The position numbers were made by a program, and so were the translations under genes. Shown one piece after another: positions 1 through 7,462 of a stretch of 21,758 nucleotides of DNA; positions within the stretch are counted from its first letter, which is position 1, and the number at the start of each line of letters is the position of its first letter. This DNA comes from Coleofasciculus chthonoplastes F2-STO-03 (GTDB lineage: Bacteria > Cyanobacteriota > Cyanobacteriia > Cyanobacteriales > Coleofasciculaceae), in contig JAVJWO010000213.1 of NCBI GenBank assembly GCA_040222015.1, positions 1 through 21,758 of the forward strand, written 5' to 3'. The notes below the pieces were generated by a model, which did no database searches, had not been told where the DNA came from, and was given only the letters and a program-made list of their open reading frames with translations.

Positions 1-626
1 CTGCGGGAGACGGTGAGGAAGCCGTTGGGAGCTCCCGCCACGCCTCCCGCCACGCCATACGCCACGCCTCCCGCCACGCCATACGCCACGCCATACGCCA
101 CGCCTCCCGCCACGCCATACGCCACGCTAAGCGCCACGCCAACCGCCACGCCTCCCGCCACGCCAACCGCCACGCTAAGCGCCACGCCAACCGCCACGCC
201 TCCCGCCACGCCTCCCGCCACGCCAACCGCCACGCCAACCGCCACGCCAACCGCCACGCCAACCGCCACGCCAACCGCCACGCCTCCCGCCACGCCTCCC
301 GCCACGCGACTCCAGTCAATCTCAAAACCTATCTGCTGAAGTAGTCCACAAAAAGCGACAGGAATAACAACAGTCAATACCAACCCTTGAATAAGCAACT
401 GACGCTGAATCGGATTCTGACGCAATAGTTTTAATCCCTTACGCCAATTCATCTCGGATTCTGGAATATACCCACCGCCAAAGTTATCTACATACCAGCG
501 CAATGCTTGAGGAAAGTAAAACACCCAATACAACAGACGTAGGTAATCCAACGGATTCCATAACGAGAGAGAGCGCTTCAGTTTCGGTGCTAAATCTAAT
601 CGAGGAACTGGGCGACGTTGGCTCAT
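1..626 (-). CDS. Membrane protein with GVAx glycine-zipper-like repeat array (N-terminal part only; runs off the left edge)
   Basis: Not in the ORF track; translated by hand. ATG at 626-624 overlaps the upstream TAA (TAATG). Reads MSQRRPVPRLDLAPKLKRSLSLWNPLDYLRLLYWVFYFPQALRWY...LLIQGLVLTVVIPVAFCGLLQQIGFEIDWSR, then 23 (G/S/R)VAx units; open to the window edge. Confidence 0.85.
   Translation of the reverse strand, partial: MSQRRPVPRLDLAPKLKRSLSLWNPLDYLRLLYWVFYFPQALRWYVDNFGGGYIPESEMNWRKGLKLLRQNPIQRQLLIQGLVLTVVIPVAFCGLLQQIGFEIDWSRVAGGVAGGVAVGVAVGVAVGVAVGVAVGVAGGVAGGVAVGVALSVAVGVAGGVAVGVALSVAYGVAGGVAYGVAYGVAGGVAYGVAGGVAGAPNGFLTVSR
33..307 (-). repeat. 12-bp coding tandem repeat, 23 units (GGC GTG GCG NNN)
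   Basis: gccacgc recurs every 12 nt from 37 to 301. The variable codon is only GGA, GTT, TAT or CTT. Confidence 0.97.
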
Positions 627-1744
627 TACCCACCCTCCAAATACCGGGAATACATTCGATAACACAACTGCATCAATCGCCGGGGATGACCGCCACTTTC
701 TTCAACTAACTGATTAATTTCAGCTTCAGTAAACCTTACCGAAGTCATCGCCAAACGTGTATCAATAAAATCACGGGCTGTTGGTTCATCCCAGGGTTTG
801 ATGATTTCTTCTTGACAAACTCCTGCCAGAGGCGAAGTTTTGCCATTATCCCAACTATCATTAAACAGTTTAGCCAAGGATTCATTCGCAGCTAAAACCA
901 GCTTGAGTGGTGCATTACTCCCCTCAGCTAAACCCCGTAGATAATCCCGCACACCGCGATTAAAGCCATCCCAGGTCATTTTTCCTATATTATCTAATGC
1001 TAGCAGTATTTGACGCGATTTCAAATGACGACTTAACCTTGTTCCTTTACTTTTCGGTATACCAATCTCATCACATAATGCACCATAAAAATCATTTTCA
1101 TCTTCAACCAAATTTAGGTCGAGAAAGACAGGCTGACGCGGTGAATGGAGATGAGTATCCGCCAGTTGGCAAATCTGGGAAAGTAAAGAAGATTTACCGA
1201 CACCCTCTGTTCCAATTAGGGCAACACTGCTACCACTATTAATCACCTCAAATATCTGCCTAATTTCCCGTTCTCGGTTAAAGAAGTCTTGTGGATTGTC
1301 GATTCTGCCTTGTTGGGGAGTGAAAGGATTGGTGATTATATTGTCATTTATAATATCTGAATCCTTATCCTCCCCGAAAGACGAGAAATTACTCCCCTCT
1401 CCTGGTAGGAGAGGGGCAGGGGGAGAGGTCATTTCCAAGGTACTAGCATCGGATTTTAACCCATGAGTTTGCTCGGTTAACCACTCCTTATATCGATATT
1501 CTATTGGCTTCCGAAAATTTCGCTTACGAACTCGTATCTCTAAATAATTAGCAACTTTATTACATAAATCTGCACCCAGTTTCCTAGTATGTTGCTCAGT
1601 TAAAATAATTTTAGCAGCAATATCCCGATACTATTTTTTATCCCAAATTCCTATAAAAATCGCCTCTTCTGATTCATCCAAAACGGGCTGGTATTTCTCC
1701 CTAAGCAGCCTGTTGATGAATTCTAGCGCCTCTTTTGAGTTCAT
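626..1744 (-). pseudogene. N-terminal HTH (VMAP-type-like) plus P-loop/STAND-like ATPase, interrupted by an in-frame TAG at 1633-1631
   Basis: ORFs 1631..1840 and 626..1438 share a frame, and the gap reads open: MNSKEALEFINRLL...IFIGIWDKK*YRDIAAKIILTEQHTRKLGADLCNKVANYLEIRVRKRNFRKPIE...NPF...FFNREREI...GTEGVGKS (Walker A)...LLALDN (Walker B)...SGGHP. Confidence 0.8.
1394..1428. repeat. Small palindromic dispersed repeat inserted in frame
   Basis: CCCCTCTCCT-GGT-AGGAGAGGGG is a perfect 10-bp stem followed by a G-rich tail; it encodes TSPPAPLLPGEG in the domain linker. Confidence 0.7.
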
Positions 1745-1875
1745 TAGTGAGCCTTGAGATTCATTTGCCAATTTTATCAAACCCATCCCCATTCTGCCAG
1801 TTTGTAACTGCGCTTGTAGTTGCGCTGTCTTCGCCATCAACGCTTCAACGCTGACGACAAACTGACAAGAGGGCG

Positions 1876-2076
1876 ACCCGATTCAATTGAGTAGATTGGT
1901 GTTGTTCATTAGTACAAGCGGGTCGCCCCTACAGAGGTGGAAACCCGATTCAATTGAGTAGATTGGTGTTGTTCATTAATGCAAGCGGGTCGCCCCTACA
2001 GAGGTGGAAACCCGATTCAATTGAGTAGATTGGTGTTGTTCATTAATGCAAGCAGGTCGCCCCTACAGAGGTGGAA
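1876..2076. repeat. 3 x 67-bp tandem repeat derived from a GTAG-family REP
   Basis: Units start at 1876, 1943 and 2010 and are nearly identical. Each holds the arm CGGGTCGCCCCTAC (one substitution in unit 3); the partner arm GGGCGACCCG is complete only at 1871. Confidence 0.95.
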
Positions 2077-2083
2077 AGGACGC

Positions 2084-2132
2084 ATGACAAATGACAAATG
2101 ACAAATGACAAATGACAAATGACAAATGACAA
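2084..2132. repeat. STRR2-type heptamer array (ATGACAA)x7
   Basis: Seven perfect copies; reverse complement matches the cyanobacterial STRR2 motif TT(G/T)GTCA. Confidence 0.95.
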
Positions 2133-2251
2133 ACCAACATTATCCTACATTTCCCTACAAACCCTAACATTACCCAGTCCCCTACTTGTACCTACCTAAA
2201 ATACCGATTACCCAAGCCATCATGGTTGTATCGATAACCGAGGTAAACACC

Positions 2252-2458
2252 ATGATCAACCCCAACCCCCAAACCCAACCGAATCTAGAACCCCAAACTA
2301 ACGCCATCGAAACCGTCACACCCACACCCTTAACCCAAATCAACCCCACAACCTTAGTCGAGTACGGCGGGATCACCACAGCGGTTATATTAGCGATCGC
2401 ACTCCTAATTCTGGCGTTAGCGGAATATAATAGGGTCTTCTTTCCCCCTCGCCGTTAG
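2252..2458 (+). CDS. Small (68 aa) protein with one C-terminal transmembrane helix
   Basis: GAGG RBS at 2240-2243 and ATG at 2252. Pro/Gln/Thr-rich N-terminus, then GGITTAVILAIALLILALAEY and a basic tail. Confidence 0.7.
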   Translation: MINPNPQTQPNLEPQTNAIETVTPTPLTQINPTTLVEYGGITTAVILAIALLILALAEYNRVFFPPRR

Positions 2459-2527
2459 CCGATAACGGTAAACTAAGAAAAGCCTTGGCAAGCATTGCCT
2501 CTCTCAAACCTGATCACGACTGAATTC

Positions 2528-3532
2528 ATGACTACTTCGCTCAACGAGCTAGAAACCCAATTAGTCGCCCTCAAACAAGAAGCCACTCCTGCGATCGCAA
2601 AAACGGATACGCTGGATCAATTGGAACAATTGCGCGTCAACTACTTGGGGAAAAAAGGACAGTTATCCCAAATCTTGCGCGGGATGGGGAAACTATCCCC
2701 CGAAGATAGACCGCGAATTGGGGCGCTTGCTAATGAAGTGAAAGAAGCCCTCCAACAATCTCTGGACAATAAGCGCCAAGAGTTACAAGCCGCCCAAATT
2801 CAAGCACAATTAGCCGCCGAAACCCTTGATGTGACCATGCCAGGGGTGTATAAACCTCAAGGTCGAATTCATCCCCTCAATAGCATTATCGACCAAGTGC
2901 TGGATATTTTTGTCGGTTTGGGGTACACCGTCGCCACGGGACCAGAAATGGAGACCGATTATTATAATTTTGAGGCATTAAATACCCCCCAAGACCATCC
3001 GGCGCGGGATATGCAGGATACCTTTTATCTCCCCGATGGGAATCTGCTACGAACCCATACCTCTTCGGTACAGATTCGCTACATGGAAAATAATGAACCC
3101 CCCATCCGAATTATTGCCCCAGGGCGGGTTTATCGCCGGGATACCGTTGATGCGACACATTCGGCTGTTTTCCATCAAATTGAGATTTTAGCCGTTGATG
3201 AAGACATCACATTTGGAGATCTCAAAGGGACATTAAAAGTCTTTTTCCAAGAATTATTCGGTGAAGATGTTGATGTGCGTTTACGCGCCAGTTATTTCCC
3301 GTTCACAGAACCCTCGGCGGAAGTTGATGTCAAATGGAGAGGGAAATGGTTAGAGATGGGCGGCTGTGGAATGGTTGATCCCAATGTGCTGAAAACGGTT
3401 GGTTATGATCCAGAAGTTTATACCGGGTTTGCGGCGGGGTTTGGCGCGGAACGTTTTGCCCTAGTCATGCACCAAATTGATGATATCCGCCGTTTATATA
3501 CCAGTGATTTGCGCTTTTTGCAACAGTTTTAA
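2528..3532 (+). CDS. pheS: Phenylalanine--tRNA ligase alpha subunit
   Basis: Motifs [56 protein letters not shown] at 2528 preferred to TTG at 2495. Confidence 0.98.
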   Translation: MTTSLNELETQLVALKQEATPAIAKTDTLDQLEQLRVNYLGKKGQLSQILRGMGKLSPEDRPRIGALANEVKEALQQSLDNKRQELQAAQIQAQLAAETLDVTMPGVYKPQGRIHPLNSIIDQVLDIFVGLGYTVATGPEMETDYYNFEALNTPQDHPARDMQDTFYLPDGNLLRTHTSSVQIRYMENNEPPIRIIAPGRVYRRDTVDATHSAVFHQIEILAVDEDITFGDLKGTLKVFFQELFGEDVDVRLRASYFPFTEPSAEVDVKWRGKWLEMGGCGMVDPNVLKTVGYDPEVYTGFAAGFGAERFALVMHQIDDIRRLYTSDLRFLQQF

Positions 3533-3534
3533 GG

Positions 3535-3583
3535 GGTCATTGGTCATTGGTCATTGGTCATTGGTCATTGGTCCTTTGTCGTT
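3535..3583. repeat. STRR2-type heptamer array (GGTCATT)x5 plus 2 degenerate units
   Basis: Directly visible after the pheS stop codon. Confidence 0.93.
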
Positions 3584-3602
3584 CCTAAAATAGGAGTTTC
3601 CT

Positions 3603-4427
3603 ATGTCTAGCAGTTCAAAGAAAAAAGTTGCGATGGTAACAGGCGCTTCGTCTGGGATCGGTAAAGCGATTGTGCAGCAACTTCTAAAAGAGGGTTGGAT
3701 TGTGTATGGTGCGGCGCGGCGAGTGGAGAAAATGGCGGATATTGAAGCAATGGGCGCCAAAGTTCTGCCCCTTGATGTGACTGATGATGCCAGTATGACA
3801 ACGGCTGTGCAAACCCTACTTTCTGCTGAAGGACAAATTGATGCACTGGTGAATAATGCGGGTTATGGTTCCTACGGGGCGCTAGAAGATGTACCACTCC
3901 AAGAGGCAAAGCGACAGTTTGATGTGAATGTTTTTGGCTTAATGCGGCTGACGCAATTGGTTCTACCTTCAATGCGGGCGGCAAAATCCGGCACAATTGT
4001 GAATATCAGTTCCATGGGGGGGCGGATTTGGATGCCCATCGGCGGTTGGTATCATGCCACGAAACACGCGGTTGAGGTATTATCCGATGCCTTACGCATG
4101 GAAACCGAACCCTTTGGCATTCGTGTGGTGGTGGTGCAACCGGGGGCGATTGAAAGTGAATGGTCAAGTATTGCGGCTCAGACGTTACGGGAGAACTCTC
4201 AGGGATCAGCGTATCAAGCAGGGGTTGAACCGATGGCAAAGGTGTTAGAGGATTACCAGAATGCCTCAAGTCCCAATGTGGTTGCCAAAGCGGTGTCCAA
4301 GGCGGTGAATAGTCGCCATCCCAAGCGGCGGTATGCTACACCGATGGATGCCAAACTCTATATTTTTCTCCATTGGTTGTTACCAGATTGGGCGTGGGAG
4401 CGGTTGATTGCCAGTGCAATTCAGTGA
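3603..4427 (+). CDS. Short-chain dehydrogenase/reductase (SDR) oxidoreductase
   Basis: TGASSGIG, NNAG, catalytic S...YHATK; AGGAG RBS upstream. Confidence 0.95.
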   Translation: MSSSSKKKVAMVTGASSGIGKAIVQQLLKEGWIVYGAARRVEKMADIEAMGAKVLPLDVTDDASMTTAVQTLLSAEGQIDALVNNAGYGSYGALEDVPLQEAKRQFDVNVFGLMRLTQLVLPSMRAAKSGTIVNISSMGGRIWMPIGGWYHATKHAVEVLSDALRMETEPFGIRVVVVQPGAIESEWSSIAAQTLRENSQGSAYQAGVEPMAKVLEDYQNASSPNVVAKAVSKAVNSRHPKRRYATPMDAKLYIFLHWLLPDWAWERLIASAIQ

Positions 4428-5419
4428 CATCCTCTCTCGGTATAATCTTTGATTTACCGAGGGCTTCCTAAAATTGCTTTTAGGAACTTCCTGCTTCTTT
4501 CGGTGCCACCTAGACTGAGAGACTCAGCCCCCGACGCATCCCGTCCACAGGCAATTTCTGCCACCGTCTGTCCAACGGCGGAAACACCACGATTCCTAAT
4601 CACTTGAGCGGAGGCTACATCACGGTCTGTCTTGTATCCACACTCGGGACACTCATGTACCCGAACTGATAAATCTTTGGATACATGAGCATCGCATTCG
4701 GGACAAAAAAAAATTTGGGTCTTTTGATTAACTCACCATCTGATGTCGCCAGAAACTTTTCTAGCCCCACATCAATCCCTAATGGATGTCCTGATGGGGA
4801 CGTGTCAGGAACGTTCACATCTAGCTGCAATGACAGCATGACGTAATATCCTGAAGCTTTTTTGACGATTCGTGCTTGCTTCAATTCAAATCCACTAGGG
4901 ATAGGTCGATGCATAATCACTTCGACTTTTCCTAGTTGTGGAAGTTTTACCCAACCTTGTCCCAACGGGTCTTTCAACATCTGAGGATAAACAAAAGACC
5001 GCATTCGTCCGAACTTCTTGAAGCGAGGAAAACCAAATCCCTTTCCCTTCATATCCTCAAATGCCGTGTCAAGTTTCCTCAGGACTTGCTGTAAGACTTG
5101 GGCGTTAACGCTCTTTAGCTCTTGATTCGTTTTCTTGGCTACAGTTAAGGCTTTCTCTTGAAAACTTTTACTCGGGTAAGGAGCGTCTGCTGGAATAATG
5201 TACTCTGATTTAATTGAGCAAGCATTTACCCGACACTTACGCGAATTAATCCAATCTTTACGTTCGCGTAAAGCGTAATTCCAGACTTTACGGCACATTT
5301 CTAACGTTTGTTCAATAAGTGCTGTTTGGTCTGGATTTGGATTAATTTTATAAGCGTAAGTTAGGTTGAGCATTCTATTAGTTTACAGTGTCTACCGGAA
5401 TATTACAATCTAGTAAACT
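4424..5419 (-). mobile_element. IS200/IS605-family (IS1341-like, tnpB-only) element, decayed
   Basis: Contains tnpB. Right end on the minus strand is hairpin CTCGGTA...TACCGAG then GAGGATGTCAC, ending at 4424. The left boundary is tentative: inverted repeat AGTTTAC/GTAAACT (5380-5419) preceded by TTGAC. No tnpA. Confidence 0.8.
4454..5373 (-). pseudogene. tnpB: RNA-guided endonuclease TnpB, internally deleted and frameshifted
   Basis: N-terminal HTH_OrfB-like region and RuvC-I (LGIDVGL) run to KRPKFF. A second frame then gives CPEC...HECPECGYKTDRDVASAQVI...GSPR* (stop at 4456-4454). The bridge helix and RuvC-II are absent. Confidence 0.9.
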
Positions 5420-5447
5420 GTCAATTATATGTACATCGGTTGAATGT

Positions 5448-5511
5448 GTAGGGGCGGGTTTCATGATTATCGTTTCTGAACTTACCCAGATGTGAATAAA
5501 CCCGCCCTGAC
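5448..5511. repeat. GTAG-family REP palindrome
   Basis: GTAGGGGCGGGTTT ... AAACCCGCCCTGAC. Confidence 0.85.
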
Positions 5512-5522
5512 CGAGTGTTGAC

Positions 5523-6260
5523 TCAGAATTTTCTGACTAAAACTCCGGGTTCTTTCTGAATCGGTAAAACATCTAAACTATCCGCTTGGGCGCAATACTT
5601 TAAATCCTCATGACCGTTTAGCCGCAGTAGGCGTTGACCATGACTGGCATGGTGAAACATTTCTAACATCTTGTCTTTCCACTGAGCATAAAGGGCAAGA
5701 GCGCCAACGACTTCATCATTACCCGCGATATCGCCCAGAGAGTGATCGGTTTGAGAGATCAGGCTATCTGCGATCGCACCCGCACAAGCGGTATCTTCTA
5801 GAGAGTAGGAACCTTCCCAGCCTGAACCCACAAGCCAAACGGTTTCGGGTTTTTGCTCAAGCAGATACTGCACCACCGTCTGACGATTCACCATGGCGGC
5901 GGCTAGCACCACAGGGGCATTCTGCACCCGCTGTAAGGCGCGAGTCCCATTCGTGGTCGTAATAAACAAACGGCGTCCCTGGACGCGCTCTGGCGTGCAG
6001 TCGAGGGGAGAATTGCCTAAATCACAACCCGAGACTTTTGATCCGCCCCGTTCTCCGGCGCGAAGGCGTTTTTCTGGGAGCCATTTTTCGCTCACTTGCA
6101 TTAACCGATCAATATCGCTGAAGGCTTGCACGGCTTCAGCACCTGCGTGTAAGGCTGTAGCAATCGTGGTTGTGGCTCTTAGCACATCAACTGCGATCGC
6201 ACAGTTTGGCGTCGTATCCGTTGGGGTAAGTTCGGGGGTGTGGTAAATAAATAGCTTCAC
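5523..6260 (-). CDS. comB: 2-phosphosulfolactate phosphatase family protein
   Basis: Motifs [31 protein letters not shown]. Confidence 0.95.
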   Translation of the reverse strand: MKLFIYHTPELTPTDTTPNCAIAVDVLRATTTIATALHAGAEAVQAFSDIDRLMQVSEKWLPEKRLRAGERGGSKVSGCDLGNSPLDCTPERVQGRRLFITTTNGTRALQRVQNAPVVLAAAMVNRQTVVQYLLEQKPETVWLVGSGWEGSYSLEDTACAGAIADSLISQTDHSLGDIAGNDEVVGALALYAQWKDKMLEMFHHASHGQRLLRLNGHEDLKYCAQADSLDVLPIQKEPGVLVRKF

Positions 6261-6373
6261 TGGCTCACTGCACCTGCGTTTTCAAATGCCGACTCCATAT
6301 TTTACCCACTTAAGGTCGTGGAATTTAGGCTTTTATAAGATCATCTAACCATTGCAATCATTTGGAACGATTT

Positions 6374-7039
6374 ATGGCAACGATTTACACCGTCCATCCG
6401 GAAACCCCTCAAATACGCCGAATAGAGAAAATAAGGGACAACCTGCGAGACGGTGCGGTGATGTTATATCCCACAGATACCGTTTATGCCATTGGTTGCG
6501 ACCTGACTGTCAAATCGGCTGTGGAACGGGTCAGGCGTTTAAAGCAACTCTCGAATGAGAAGCCCTTAACGTTTCTGTGTTCCTCGTTATCCAACATTTC
6601 TGAATATGCTTGGGTCAGTGACCCGGCTTACCGGATTATGAAGCGTCTGATTCCTGGACCCTATACCTTTTTGTTACCCGCAACTAAGTTAGTACCTCGG
6701 CTAGTGATGAGTCCCAAGCGTAAAACCAGTGGTATCCGAGTTCCGGATCATCCGGTTTGTCAAGCCATACTCGAAGCGCTAGGTAATCCTGTAATTTCCA
6801 CGTCGGCTCATTTACCCGATGAGATGGGAAATTTCCCCACCGTGGGACTGGAAACCGCCAGACTCTTTGATCAGTTTGAGGGTTTAGTGGACATTATTGT
6901 CGATGATGGCTCGAAACCCGGTTTCCAGGTATCCACCATTCTGGATATGACCGGGGATGAACCCACAATCCTGCGGGAAGGTTTGGGAGCCCAAGCCGCT
7001 ATGGCGTGGGCTGTACCCGCTAACCAGAGTTGGGAATAA
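6374..7039 (+). CDS. L-threonylcarbamoyladenylate synthase family protein (YrdC/Sua5, YciO-like)
   Basis: Motifs HPETPQ, YPTDTVYAIGC, PGPYTF, GIRVPDHP, ISTSA, STILD. ATG at 6374 is the likely start. Confidence 0.92.
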   Translation: MATIYTVHPETPQIRRIEKIRDNLRDGAVMLYPTDTVYAIGCDLTVKSAVERVRRLKQLSNEKPLTFLCSSLSNISEYAWVSDPAYRIMKRLIPGPYTFLLPATKLVPRLVMSPKRKTSGIRVPDHPVCQAILEALGNPVISTSAHLPDEMGNFPTVGLETARLFDQFEGLVDIIVDDGSKPGFQVSTILDMTGDEPTILREGLGAQAAMAWAVPANQSWE

Positions 7040-7462
7040 GGTTGACCTAATCAGTTAGTGTCACCCTGTCGAGTCAAACCCAATCCAGCTAGGCTGTCGC
7101 TGATCAGCATTCGGACTACAGGAGACAGGCGGGCAATTTCGGACGACTGTCCAAAATTAACCCAGTTTGTCAATTGTCTACTCTCACCCCATCGTCAAGT
7201 CGTGGCAATACTGGCCCCTTGCCAATTGCCTAAATGCATGTGGAGCAAGGGACCAGCCGCCATAAGCATAGTCCCTAAATCGGCGAGGGTGTCTGCCGTG
7301 TACTCGTGATCTCTCGTTTAGTGACACACCACTCAACCAAAGACTAGGCGTAACGTTTTACATTCAAATTGTGGACAGCAACAGAGCATTTATTCCGAAT
7401 AACCACTCGTTCCTCTGCTGATGTCTTGGTAATTCGTAACTGTAGTCTTTAGGGGCAATACC

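Noticed and set aside
33..307. Diversity-generating retroelement variable region
   Set aside because: No template repeat or reverse transcriptase in the window, and variation is by whole-codon swaps rather than adenine-specific changes.
13..339. Plus-strand 108-aa Pro/Ala/Thr repeat ORF
   Set aside because: Antisense shadow of the GVAx array; the minus-strand frame has a coupled start and protein-like sequence outside the repeat.
1745..1840. N-terminal extension of ORF 1631..1840
   Set aside because: Overlaps short direct repeats and a candidate -10; ATG at 1744 fits the domain start better.
1876..2076. CRISPR array
   Set aside because: Units are near-identical over their whole length, with no unique spacers and no cas genes.
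2528..3532. pheS without adjacent pheT as an anomaly
   Set aside because: Separation of pheS and pheT is common in cyanobacteria.
5523..6260. Coenzyme M biosynthesis cluster
   Set aside because: A lone comB homologue is widespread in cyanobacteria; no comA, comC or comDE here.
7058..7309. 83-aa ORF upstream of the hetZ-like gene (PatS/PatX-like peptide?)
   Set aside because: No RGSGR motif, signal peptide or RBS; composition is not protein-like.
7249..7361. HetR site (GGGACCAGCCG) and NtcA site (GTAACGTTTTAC)
   Set aside because: The first misses GGG-N5-CCC; the second has N6 rather than N8 spacing.
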